This document shows positions 7,573 through 16,909 of a DNA stretch of 34,563 nt, piece by piece. Numbering within the stretch: position 1 is the stretch's first letter; every line of letters starts with the position of its first letter. Position numbers and translations under genes: made by a program. Under the pieces are notes generated by a model. It was not told the origin of the DNA. It ran no database searches and saw nothing but the letters and a program-made list of their open reading frames with translations. Origin of the DNA: Halobacteriota archaeon (GTDB lineage Archaea > Halobacteriota > Bog-38 > Methanoflorentales > Methanoflorentaceae); the NCBI GenBank assembly GCA_049578125.1, contig JBAULJ010000252.1:1-34563 (forward strand), read 5' to 3'.

Positions 7573-9026
7573 ATGTGGAAGAAGACTATTGTTGTTGCAG
7601 CACTTTTGAGCATCGTGCTGGCAACGGTACTTGGGAGCTTAGTGTTAACGTCGGCTAGCTCGTGCGAGAACCCCCCGATGCCGACGGTTACGGATAAGTC
7701 GGTTAAGCAGGTGCCGTCTATGGCACAGCCGGCGGCGCGCACGCCGTATATCGATCAAGTGTTCGGGACATGTGTCGTGCGCGTGACCGATCATGGAACC
7801 GACGCCACAAAGGAGGATGCGTCGCACGGTCTCAAGAACGAGTACTCGAGGGTGCAGTCATTCAACGCAGACGAGACGCGACTCGTCGCGATGAGCACAG
7901 GGGGCGACTGGTACCTCTATGACGCAAAGACCCTCCAACCGCTCGGCAAGATGAACTTCGCCGGCAAAGACGTGCGATGGGATGCTAAAGATCCGAACCT
8001 CCTCTACTACTCACCAATGGACACTCGCTTAATGAGCTACAACGTCCAGTCGAACGAGTCAAAGCTCGTTCACAACTTCACCAGTGACTTCCCTGGGAAG
8101 CAACTAACTGCGGTGTGGACGCGGTATGAAGGGAGCCCGACGGTTGACGGTCGCTACTGGGGGCTAATGGCAGAAGATAAGGATTGGAAAGCGATCGCGT
8201 TCCTCGTTTACGACAAGCAGGACGACAAGATCGTCGCAATGAGGGAAATACCGCCTACGAGCGTCGACTCGGTGAGCATCAGCCCGCGCGGCAATTACTT
8301 CGTCGCGTTCCAGATTGAGTGTTCGAACAATCAGACCGCTGATGCCGCTCACCCGTGCGGGACGATGGTGTACGATAAGGACCTTAAGAACGCGAAGAGC
8401 TTAGGAACGCACGCCGGCCACGGCGACTTAGCGTTCGACACCCAGGGGCGGGAAGTGTTCGTGTTTCAGGATTCCGGCACCGATTACCTCTCGATGGCTG
8501 ACTTGGAAACAGGCACAGTCACTAAGTTGTGGCCCATTGACTTCAGCAGTCAACCGCTCACGATCGACAGCATCCACATCTCGGGGCGCGCGTTTGGCAA
8601 GCCAGGATGGGCCCTTGTTTCGACCGCCGCAGGCACGTTAAACGCCTCAACGTGGATGGATGGCCAAGAGTTCGCCATGGAACTCGCGCCGAACAGATCG
8701 TTCGGTTGGCGCACAACCACTGTGTCATCGACAAAAAGCAGGAGCACGACTACTGGGCCGAGCCGCACGGAAGTGTTAATCGTGATTTTACCAAAGTCCT
8801 CTTCACCTCAAACTGGGGACAGTCGGGCACGGAAGGAGTAGATATGTACCTGGTGGCGCTACCCGCGAATGCCGTCACGTCAAAAATAGGCCCCATAGAC
8901 ACCGCGAGCGGGGCATCGAACTCAAACCAAGAAAAGATCCCCGGCTTTGAGGGCGTCTCTGCTCTTGCCGCGCTGGCGGTAGGAGCAAGTGTAGTGCTTG
9001 TGATGAAGCGCCTGATGCAGAGATAG
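7573..9026 (+). pseudogene. secreted beta-propeller (TolB/PD40-like) protein with a signal peptide and PGF-CTERM anchor, interrupted by a 1-nt frameshift near 8686-8692 (either genuine or an assembly error)
   Basis: ATG at 7573 follows GGAGGTG. The N-terminus is MWKKTIVVAALLSIVLATVLGSLVLTSASSC. Frame A stays plausible up to ...STWMDGQEFAMELAP and then turns to low-complexity junk. The frame of ORF 8607..9026 continues with EQIVRLAHNHCVIDKKQEHDYWAEPHGSVNRDFTKVLFTSNWG...VDMYLVALP. It ends in a Ser/Thr linker plus PGFEGVSALAALAVGASVVLVMKRLMQR. Confidence 0.7.
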
Positions 9027-9317
9027 CGTCCGGGATCAAGGTAAGCAAGGATGATGCTGTAATCTGCGCCTCGCCCTCACGCACACCGTACCACGCCCGG
9101 AGCGCGACGCAGGGGACTGGTTCGCTAGGCTAAAAAGAACAGCGACACAGAGCGGTTTTAGCTCTGGAAGGGTGGGAACCTGTTCGCTTACGGACAAGTG
9201 GCAACCGAAAGTCCGTACTAAGTCACCGTGACGGGACGGACGGCGCCCGCGAACGTAGGTCATGATCGCGCGCAAACAATCTAGGCTACCGTAGAGGACA
9301 CTGACTGATTATTATCG

Positions 9318-9506
9318 ATGGCAGTGGTCCAATACACCTTCGGCGACCCGTTCATCGTCTCACTCGTTGAGGCTGCGCTCTGGGATAATACGGTGTCGGT
9401 AGCCAATTTGGCTAACAACGTGCAGATCTATGGCTTTGTGGGCCTCACAGGAACACCGTTAAACTATTCCGCTGTGCCAATTCTCTTAATCACAGCCTCT
9501 TGGTGA
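9318..9506 (+). CDS. possible small hydrophobic protein (62 aa)
   Basis: ATG start and coding-like third-position GC by hand count. The stop overlaps the next ORF's ATG (ATGA at 9503-9506). No homology recognised. Confidence 0.2.
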   Translation: MAVVQYTFGDPFIVSLVEAALWDNTVSVANLANNVQIYGFVGLTGTPLNYSAVPILLITASW

Positions 9507-9751
9507 TGATGGCGGCCCTCTTTCTCCTCAAAAGAGGTCTGGCGGTCATTGTGCTCCCTCGTTTCGTTGGTCACTTTCTTATCGCTTTCCACGGTGATGT
9601 CCTTTGTGGGCTATGTGGCTGCGATATTTCCCTTATACCTCTTCCTCGGATTTTGGTTCCAGATGACTGGAAAAAGAACATCATAATCGGCATGATTGCG
9701 GTCGTCGTCCAGAACGTGTTCATCTGGATTAGCGGCGCGTGGCTTTTCTGA
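9503..9751 (+). CDS. possible small two-helix membrane protein (82 aa)
   Basis: The ATG overlaps the upstream stop (GTGATGATGG). Both termini are hydrophobic (MMAALFLLKRGLAVIVL..., ...IIIGMIAVVVQNVFIWISGAWLF). The middle of the ORF is T-rich at third positions, so coding status is doubtful. Confidence 0.2.
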   Translation: MMMAALFLLKRGLAVIVLPRFVGHFLIAFHGDVLCGLCGCDISLIPLPRILVPDDWKKNIIIGMIAVVVQNVFIWISGAWLF

Positions 9752-9824
9752 GTTACGCAGGTGTTCGATGGCTTTTCTGCGGCACACGGCCTGAAGAATC
9801 TCCATCTCACCTGTGCGTGCCCCG

Positions 9825-10967
9825 CTATGGCATTCCAAAGGCCTGTACAAACCGCTCAAACGCATCGAACGGCAGCAGGTTGGTCGGCAAAACTGCAAGA
9901 CAGTACAGATAGGCCGCGACGCACAGCAGCGCGAGCGGGATGAGGAAATGGAGGCGCTTCTTGGGCACAAGCGCGTCTAAGCCGATAATCAGCGCAAATG
10001 GCGCAATCGGTAGTAAGTATCGGCTAATATCCTCGTGGAGCACGAAGAGCACCGGAACGAACATGAAGAGCGCATAGAGGAAGAGCTCTCTGTACCCCTT
10101 CTGATAGAGTTGCACGATGCCGATGCTATAGATGAAAAAGAGGATGACATAGAGTTCAGCCCCAAACGCGCTGCTGCTCTCACCCATTACGGCGTGTGAC
10201 GGAATGGTCAACAAGGGAATGTTCAAAAGGGCTTGGTTCACGGCGAAATAAGCGAAGAAGTCGCCGAGCGAGTACGCGTAAAATGAGAACAGCAGCAACA
10301 GCGAGGCCGGAATGGCGAGGGCCAACGCGAACCTCCTCACGGTCAATTTCTTGTTCCACAGCCACAAGCCAATCAACACGGGGAAGGTGATGATCCCCCA
10401 TATTCTCGTGAGCGTCGCAAAAGCGCCCAAAAAGGTGGCTTTTGTCGATTCGTCCTTCTTTAAGAAATAGAGCATCAACAACGTGAGCAGGATGAAGAGC
10501 GGTTCCGATGCCCCGACGCTGCGGTAGAGGAACCACCGGGGCGGAAAAAAGAGGAACAAGAGCGCCGAGGAAAAAGGATCGTGCACGAGTTTAAACCTCG
10601 CTATGAGGAAGTAAAAAACGACGACCGCTGCTGCTGAGATGACAAGATTTGCGACTAGCATCGCCACAAACGGCGACAATGCCAGCGAGAAGAGCCAAAT
10701 CGCAACCGGATATCCGGGCAAGTGCGCGGCATAGTACTGTGCCGGCAAGAAATAAGCGCTGTAAAGTGGCGACGTCGAAGCATAGAATGTCTTCGAAACG
10801 ACGACGTACAACGGTCCGTCGTAGTACCGCTCAAGCACCTGCATTCCTGTGACCGGGAGCTTCACACCTAACACGGCGTCAACGTTGAGGGCGAAGGGAA
10901 GGTACAGGAGCAGCGATGAGATGATTGAAACAGCGACGAGTATGACAACCTCAGTTCTCTCTTTCAT
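9825..10967 (-). CDS. polytopic membrane protein, probable GT-C-fold glycosyl/mannosyltransferase (PIG-V / DUF2029-like)
   Basis: 380 aa, predicted about 10 or more TM helices. An early loop YYDGPLYVVVSKTFY resembles the WDxxxY..IA..GY loop of PIG-V-like mannosyltransferases. The family assignment is tentative. Confidence 0.6.
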   Translation of the reverse strand: MKERTEVVILVAVSIISSLLLYLPFALNVDAVLGVKLPVTGMQVLERYYDGPLYVVVSKTFYASTSPLYSAYFLPAQYYAAHLPGYPVAIWLFSLALSPFVAMLVANLVISAAAVVVFYFLIARFKLVHDPFSSALLFLFFPPRWFLYRSVGASEPLFILLTLLMLYFLKKDESTKATFLGAFATLTRIWGIITFPVLIGLWLWNKKLTVRRFALALAIPASLLLLFSFYAYSLGDFFAYFAVNQALLNIPLLTIPSHAVMGESSSAFGAELYVILFFIYSIGIVQLYQKGYRELFLYALFMFVPVLFVLHEDISRYLLPIAPFALIIGLDALVPKKRLHFLIPLALLCVAAYLYCLAVLPTNLLPFDAFERFVQAFGMP

Positions 10968-11335
10968 GGCTTTACGTTAGTAGCGGTGACGTGTAGGTCT
11001 CCTGCAAGCTGTTCCTTAACGCCTAAAATGAGCCACGCCTAATAGGCATTGCGATATGCACAGATTTACTTGTCTCGCGCAAGGACTGAAAGGATTTCTG
11101 GCCATTCACATCACCTCAGCGAACAGCAATGACTTGGCCCACAGTCTAGGCCCAGAGTCCTTAGTTCGTGCCGATAGCCTGGCATTCCGCGTTCCGTTCA
11201 GGCGTGGGAGATCACTGCGGTGTTCTTTCTTGCTGTCCGCCCAACGATTGTCGCTGCGTTTCGCCCGTTCCGGCTATCTGCTGCAAAGTTAGACGACTAT
11301 GTCAAGCGAAGCGCTCGCGACACCATCGAGGTTAC

Positions 11336-11346
11336 ATATTTATTAT
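11336..11346 (+). promoter_or_regulatory. TATA box (ATATTTATTAT) about 30 nt upstream of the larB ATG
   Basis: GGTTACATATTTATTATCGTTGCC lies 27-37 nt upstream of the ATG at 11373. Confidence 0.45.
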
Positions 11347-11372
11347 CGTTGCCAAAAAACAAACTACTGCAG

Positions 11373-12149
11373 ATGCCTTCCTTAGACACGATCCTCAAGA
11401 GACTCACTAACAGAGAGATCACTCACGACGAAGCCGAGCGCATCATCCGGCGTGAGCTCAAAATTGACGAATACACGAGGGTTGCCGACATTGCAAAGCT
11501 CGATACAGCACGAATGCACCGGGTAGGAATTCCGGAAGTTGTCTTAGCTGAGGGCAAAACTACTGAGGATCTCCTTGCTATCGTTGAAGCGCAACTCAAG
11601 GCTGAAGGGCGGACGGTTCTCACGCGGGTCTCTGAGCACCAGCTGCAGGCACTTCAGCGCTTCGATATCGAGTGGCACGATCGCGCCCGCGTAGCAGTCA
11701 TCGGAAAAAAACCGCATTTTCAACGTCGCTGCGGACTGGTCGGCGTGGTATGTGCCGGTACTGCCGACATCTCAGTTGCCGAAGAGGCGCGCGTCGTTGC
11801 AGAAGAGTTTGGCTGCAAGACTATCAAGTCCTACGACGTCGGGGTTGCGGGCATTCACAGATTATACCCAGAGCTTCAAAAACTCCTTGATGCTGACGTG
11901 CTCGTCGTTCTCGCCGGAAGAGAGGGGGCGCTTCCGACCGTCATCGCCGGTTTGACCGACATCCCTGTAATCGGCGTTCCGGTCTCCACTGGGTACGGCT
12001 TCGGCGGTCGAGGAGAGGCTGCGCTGCTAGCAATGCTGCAGTCGTGCTCGGTGTTGGCCGTCGTGAACGTGGATGCGGGCTTCGTGGCTGGCGCTTTCGC
12101 TGCAAAAATCGCCAACCGGGCCGCCTATTCTCGGGAGCTCGATCGCTGA
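11373..12149 (+). CDS. larB: LarB-type AIR-carboxylase-family protein (nickel-pincer cofactor biosynthesis, pyridinium-3,5-biscarboxylic acid mononucleotide synthase)
   Basis: VGIPEVVLAEGKT, VGVVCAGTADISVAEEA, VGVAGIHRL, VLAGREGALPTVIAGLTDIPVIGVPVSTGYG and LLAMLQSC are present. I start at ATG 11373. The track ORF start at 11220 adds an implausible hydrophobic/basic extension. Confidence 0.82.
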   Translation: MPSLDTILKRLTNREITHDEAERIIRRELKIDEYTRVADIAKLDTARMHRVGIPEVVLAEGKTTEDLLAIVEAQLKAEGRTVLTRVSEHQLQALQRFDIEWHDRARVAVIGKKPHFQRRCGLVGVVCAGTADISVAEEARVVAEEFGCKTIKSYDVGVAGIHRLYPELQKLLDADVLVVLAGREGALPTVIAGLTDIPVIGVPVSTGYGFGGRGEAALLAMLQSCSVLAVVNVDAGFVAGAFAAKIANRAAYSRELDR

Positions 12150-12204
12150 CAAGCGCGTCCATATCTCACCCGTTACGTCCGAGCGCCTGAAGAAGCGATT
12201 TGTG

Positions 12205-12693
12205 CTAACGCAAAAGCAGCCCAATTCTTTGCTTAATCTCCTCGAGGCTATCAGTTTCGAAGCCAAAATAGTCGGCGAACGCTTTCGTGGTTCGCAACAG
12301 CCTTGTTCTTCCGTAGGGCTCCGATTCGACGAGCTTGCGCGCCTCAAGTTCATGTACGTGCCCGTACGCCTTGTTTCCGCGAGTTTCCGCTACTTTCGAC
12401 TGCGTGACCGGTTGGTGGAACGCTATGACCGCAAGCGTGCGCAACACTGGCGTTTCGAGATCGCGCTGAGCGATCGTCCGCACCGCGTCAGCGTACTCAC
12501 CCTTTACCTGCATGACCACGTCTTCATCGGTCTGAACGATCTCGAGAGCGCCTTTCTCCCGATATTCCTCGACGAGTGACTCGACAAGATCTTCTACGTC
12601 GGCATCAATGCTCGCGATAGATTCCAGTTCAAGGAGAGTCAGAGGCCTGCCCGCAACGAACAGCGCTGCCTCGATGAGGTCTCGATCGTTCAT
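12205..12693 (-). CDS. scpB: segregation and condensation protein B
   Basis: 162 aa with IEAALFVAGRPLTLLELESI and a winged-helix pattern. It lies directly downstream of scpA and smc. Confidence 0.85.
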   Translation of the reverse strand: MNDRDLIEAALFVAGRPLTLLELESIASIDADVEDLVESLVEEYREKGALEIVQTDEDVVMQVKGEYADAVRTIAQRDLETPVLRTLAVIAFHQPVTQSKVAETRGNKAYGHVHELEARKLVESEPYGRTRLLRTTKAFADYFGFETDSLEEIKQRIGLLLR

Positions 12694-12719
12694 TACCGCT
12701 CATGAATGCTACACGAGCG

Positions 12720-13418
12720 TTAAAGGTTTTTGCATTTGATGGAGAGATCGCCAAAAAGCTCCTTTTGCTCCAGCTGGATCTGCCGCCGGGTTGCCATAAA
12801 GAGCAATGGTATGTAGGTTTGGACGATGGCTTCAACCGTGTTGTCGACAATGAGCTCGCTGAAAAGAACCTTATCACGCACTGCGAAGCGTCGCTTGAGC
12901 TCGCGCTTCACACGTTTCACTTGTCTCTCGATGTCCTCACTATGTGCCACTGCGAGTGCGTCAAACTCTTGCGCTTGAAGCTGCACGAACCGCCGAACGT
13001 CAGACCTTTCCTTGCGCTTTGTCGCTTTTTTAAGCTCTTGGATAAGCTCTGAGAGACTAACGCGCCGTTTCGCGTGCCGCCGCACCTTCGGCCTGAGCGC
13101 AGGGAAACACGCCTGAAGGTCATCTTCGACCGGTTCTTCTTCTTCGACGTCTTCCGGTTCCGATTCCTCAAGAACGTCAGACTTCATTCTGAGCAGTATT
13201 GACGCGAAAAGAAGCGTTCTGCTCGACACCCGCAGATCAAGCTTCTCGAGCTCGGCGACCCGCGCGAGAAACTTGTCGGTAACGTCTACAATGTCGATGT
13301 CCCACGGATCGATCTCGCCGTTTTTCGCGAGGGATACCAAGATGTCGATCGATCGTTCATCGAAGTCTTCCGGCGCTGCACCGTTGGCAGCGGTATCGGG
13401 GCTTTCCCCGCTCGTCAA
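12720..13418 (-). CDS. scpA: segregation and condensation protein A (kleisin)
   Basis: 232 aa with IDILVSLAKNGEIDPWDIDIVDVTDKFLARV, typical of archaeal ScpA. Its TTG start overlaps the smc stop by 4 nt. Confidence 0.82.
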   Translation of the reverse strand: MTSGESPDTAANGAAPEDFDERSIDILVSLAKNGEIDPWDIDIVDVTDKFLARVAELEKLDLRVSSRTLLFASILLRMKSDVLEESEPEDVEEEEPVEDDLQACFPALRPKVRRHAKRRVSLSELIQELKKATKRKERSDVRRFVQLQAQEFDALAVAHSEDIERQVKRVKRELKRRFAVRDKVLFSELIVDNTVEAIVQTYIPLLFMATRRQIQLEQKELFGDLSIKCKNL

Positions 13419-16400
13419 TTCAACTTCACCCCAGTGACGCTCGAGATGTTGCCTTCTTGCATCGAGACGCCGATCGTCCGACTGGCTGCTTCGATCATGG
13501 GTTTTCGGAGCGAGACGACGATAAACTGAGCGTTCACCGAGAGCTTCTTGATCATCCGTGCGACGCGCTCAGCGTTTGCGCCGTCTAAGAACATGTCGAT
13601 CTCATCAAACATGTAGAACGGCGCCGGCAGGTACCGCTGAATGGCGAAGATCATCGCGAGCGCGGCAAGACTCTTCTCTCCACCTGACATCCCCTCGATT
13701 CGCTGCACGTGTTTGCCCTGTTGCCACGACCTGATGAAGAGGCCACCGTCGAAGGGGTCCTCATAGTTCTCTAAAGCGAGCTCACCAGTGGCCCCCGAGA
13801 GGTCGGCATAGATGTCCTTGAAGTTCGCGTTGATGCTGTTAAACGCCGTCAGCAACGCCTCCTTTTTCATCTGGCCGTACCGGTCGATGCGTTCGAGTAT
13901 CTCAACGCGTTCGTTAAAGAGCGTCTCCTTGCGCGCGCTGAGATCTTGCTGCCGTCGTTCAACGTTATCATAGTCCTCGATGGCTCGCATGTTCACGTCG
14001 TTCATCGATTCAAGCTGCGACTCGAGCGTTCGCAACCCGGCTACAACAGCCTCATACGGTTCATTGAACGGCACGTCATCGATCTCGCCAGCCTCTGCTT
14101 TGAGTTCATCGCGCCGAGCTTCGAGCTCGAGCCGCTGGTAGTCGAGCGCGTCGATAGCCTGCTCGGTGCGGTCAATCTGGCGTTGAAGGTCCGCTTTAGC
14201 CGTCTCCTTCAGGCTGATCTGCGCTAGCAGCGCGTCGCGTCCTTCCCGCAATTCCGAAAGCTCGCGCGCGAGATCGCGTTCCAGTCCACAAACGTCGTCG
14301 AGCTCGTGCTCCAAATGCGTAGCTGCCTCGGTATGTTCACGGATGCTGCCTCGAAGCTCCTTGATCCGCTCATCCGTCGTTTGCAAGTGCTCCTTGGCGT
14401 CGCCAAGCTTCTTCTCGTTGTAGTCTTCATGAAGACGGAATTCAGTGACGGTCGCGTCGCATCTGCTCACACGGTTCTGGAGCCGCCGGACCTCGTCTGC
14501 GATCTGGCTGATATCCTCCGTGAGCTTCGACGCGTCGGTACCCTTGAGCCGCTTCTCGAGGTCGGTGATGTCCCGCTCGAGAGAGGCAATGGCCGCGCCG
14601 TGCAGCGCTTCCTGCTCCTCGAGCTCATTAATCTGCGCGCCGGCCTGCTCATTCTCCTCCCGCATCGCAGCGAGCTGGACTGTTTTTTCATCCGCCGACG
14701 CCTCGGCCTGGGCCTTTCGCGCCTCGAGGGCCGTAGCCTCCCGTGCCAAACGTTCCCGCTCGCCCTCAGCGGCAACGAGCTCGTGTCGTGCCTGGAGCAG
14801 AAGGTCGTCTACTTGGCTGAGTTCCTGCTGTAATCGCGCACGTTCCTTCTCGTACTCACGTATCTGCCGACCGAGCTTGTGCAGTTCCTGTTCTTCACCG
14901 GCGATAAACTTCAGTGCCCTTCGGTCGATGCCCCCCGTCATCGCACCGCTCACCTCGAGCAGTTCGCCCTCGAGGGTCACCATACGGTACGTGCCAATAA
15001 GCCCGCGCGCCGCCTCGAGCTCCGTTACCACAACGGTCCTGCCAAAAACATACGCATATGCCGCTGCGTACTCTGGATCGAACTGAACGAGGTTGATCGC
15101 GTAATCGATGACGCCGTCGCGCACCTGAAGTGTCTCGCGGTGGACGGGCTTCATCTTGTTGAGCGGCAAAAAGGTCGCCCGCCCCGCGTTGTTTTCTTTC
15201 AGATACGCGATAGCACGCGCCGCGTCGGCGTCAGTATCAACGATGATGTTGCGTAGACGGGAGCCAGCCGCGATCTCGAGCGCTGTGGCATATCGCGGAT
15301 CGACACGCCCGAGCTCCGCGACAACGCCTCGCACCCCCGGTAACTGGGCGGCCATTATCGCTTCGACCGCTTTACCGAAGCTCTCTTTGAGACGTGTTTC
15401 CGCCCGAACGAAATCTTGGTGCGTTTGATTGAGCCGCCGTTCGACCGTTTCGATAGCGAGCTTGAGGTCCTCACGTTGAGCCTCGAGGTCTTTGATGTCC
15501 TCTTGCGCGTCCTCTAGTTTTCGCGTCAATTCGGCCCGGTTCTGATGAAGCGTCTCTAGGTCACTTTGGGCAGCCCCAACCTCCAAGCGCGCCGCGTCAA
15601 TCTCCCGCTCGACCGCGTGCACGTCTGTTGAAGCACGACGTATAACGTCTAGCACGCGGTCTCGTGCGCGCACGACGTCCCCGCGCTTGTCCTTCTCTTC
15701 GCCAAGCGCCGTGCGCTTCTCAAAGAGGTCGTCGCGCGCTTTGGTGACATCTGAGTCGAAGTTGGATAGCTGTTCTTGGAGTGCGTTGAGTTCCCGCTCC
15801 TGCTCTTCGAGCTCACTTGCCAGGCTTGCCCGCCGGACCGTTTCTGCCGCGAGATCGCTCTGCAGCGCCTCGTGTTTCTGCTTCAGGGCGTTCACCTCTA
15901 TGAACGCCTTGCGCTTTTGCGTTTCGAGGTGCTCAACCTCCTTACTCACCAAATCAATCCGGTTCCGGTGTTGAGCGATATCCCCCTTGATGTTTTCAAT
16001 GTGCCTTGCCAATTCGAATTGCTCGTTTTCCCCTTTTTCGGACACCGCGCTGTTGAGTGTACTCAACTGCCCCTCCAGGTCGTAGATCGCTTCCCGAGCC
16101 GCGGCGAGTTCATTGACTGCCTTGTCCTTGCTCCTTTGCTTGCGTTCAAGATCGCCTTCGATCGCCTTGATGTCGTGCGCGAGCTTGTTGAGCTTTGACG
16201 CAAAGACCATTTTTTCGTAGTCCCGCTTCTTCGCTTTGAGCTCCTGGTACTTGAGGGCGTACTCCCGCTCGACCTTGAGCTGCTCAAGCCGGAGCGCCAC
16301 CTCGTTCAATATAATGTCGACGCGGTCGACGCGTTCCCGCACCACCTCGAGCTCATCGAGTGCCCGATCCCGCCTCCGGTCAAACTCAGCGACGCCGGCG

Positions 16401-16885
16401 ATCTCGTCGATGATCTTCCGACGTTCCAGCGGGCTTACCTCGATGATACGGGTTATATCGCCCTGCAGCACGACGTTGTAGCCTTCTGGCATAATGCACG
16501 CTTTTGAGAGAAGCTCGTGGATGTCTGTAAGCGTGCACGGCTTGCCGTCGAGATAGTAGTAACTGTAGTACCCGCTCGCGGTGCGGCGCACCTTTCGGGC
16601 GACCGTTACCTCTGTGTCGGCGGGAAGTTCGGCGTCTGCGTTGTCAAATCTGACCTTGACCATCGCCTCGTTGGCACCGTCTCCGTTGAAAATAAGATCT
16701 GTGAGCTTCTCAGCGCGCATCGTCCGCGACGTCGAGAGCCCGAGGCAAAAGAGAACGCTGTCAACGATGTTGGACTTTCCCGAGCCGTTTGGTCCGGAGA
16801 CAGCCGTGAAATCGTCAAAAAAGGGGATCTTCACCCTTTTTCCAAATGACTTGAAGTTGTGAATCTCCAGTTCTTTGATAAACAT
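13415..16885 (-). CDS. smc: SMC chromosome segregation ATPase
   Basis: N-terminus MFIKELEIHNFKSFG...VSGPNGSGKSN (Walker A), long coiled coils, a hinge (GVRGVVAELGRVDPRYATALEIAAG), a C-terminal LSGGEKSLAALAMIFAIQ signature and MFDEIDMFLD (Walker B). The track ORF begins at a GTG at 16909. I prefer the ATG at 16885, which gives the canonical M-F-I-K N-terminus. Confidence 0.95.
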   Translation of the reverse strand: MFIKELEIHNFKSFGKRVKIPFFDDFTAVSGPNGSGKSNIVDSVLFCLGLSTSRTMRAEKLTDLIFNGDGANEAMVKVRFDNADAELPADTEVTVARKVRRTASGYYSYYYLDGKPCTLTDIHELLSKACIMPEGYNVVLQGDITRIIEVSPLERRKIIDEIAGVAEFDRRRDRALDELEVVRERVDRVDIILNEVALRLEQLKVEREYALKYQELKAKKRDYEKMVFASKLNKLAHDIKAIEGDLERKQRSKDKAVNELAAAREAIYDLEGQLSTLNSAVSEKGENEQFELARHIENIKGDIAQHRNRIDLVSKEVEHLETQKRKAFIEVNALKQKHEALQSDLAAETVRRASLASELEEQERELNALQEQLSNFDSDVTKARDDLFEKRTALGEEKDKRGDVVRARDRVLDVIRRASTDVHAVEREIDAARLEVGAAQSDLETLHQNRAELTRKLEDAQEDIKDLEAQREDLKLAIETVERRLNQTHQDFVRAETRLKESFGKAVEAIMAAQLPGVRGVVAELGRVDPRYATALEIAAGSRLRNIIVDTDADAARAIAYLKENNAGRATFLPLNKMKPVHRETLQVRDGVIDYAINLVQFDPEYAAAYAYVFGRTVVVTELEAARGLIGTYRMVTLEGELLEVSGAMTGGIDRRALKFIAGEEQELHKLGRQIREYEKERARLQQELSQVDDLLLQARHELVAAEGERERLAREATALEARKAQAEASADEKTVQLAAMREENEQAGAQINELEEQEALHGAAIASLERDITDLEKRLKGTDASKLTEDISQIADEVRRLQNRVSRCDATVTEFRLHEDYNEKKLGDAKEHLQTTDERIKELRGSIREHTEAATHLEHELDDVCGLERDLARELSELREGRDALLAQISLKETAKADLQRQIDRTEQAIDALDYQRLELEARRDELKAEAGEIDDVPFNEPYEAVVAGLRTLESQLESMNDVNMRAIEDYDNVERRQQDLSARKETLFNERVEILERIDRYGQMKKEALLTAFNSINANFKDIYADLSGATGELALENYEDPFDGGLFIRSWQQGKHVQRIEGMSGGEKSLAALAMIFAIQRYLPAPFYMFDEIDMFLDGANAERVARMIKKLSVNAQFIVVSLRKPMIEAASRTIGVSMQEGNISSVTGVKLN

Positions 16886-16909
16886 CGGTCCATCGGGCCG
16901 CGTGTCCAC

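Noticed and set aside
9207-9214. GAAAGTCC, which resembles the RNase P RNA CR-I core (GAGGAAAGUCC).
   Set aside because: An 8-mer is expected by chance about once in this window on two strands. I could not find the matching ACAGAA...GGCTTA or GGGTGAAAGGGTG-like elements or a P4 partner at a suitable distance.
9500-9507. C-box-like GTGATGA here, and another at 25202-25208 (possible C/D box sRNAs).
   Set aside because: No CTGA D box lies at the expected 50-70 nt distance downstream in either case.
11220-11372. An N-terminal extension of the larB ORF.
   Set aside because: The extension is hydrophobic/basic junk and contains the TATA box. The ATG at 11373 gives a normal LarB N-terminus.
13946-16862. 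Many plus-strand ORFs of 68-213 aa inside the smc gene (e.g. 14445..15086, 15776..16198).
   Set aside because: They are antisense shadows of a long, GC-rich, repetitive coiled-coil gene. Their translations are low-complexity Ser/Arg/Ala-rich strings with no motifs.
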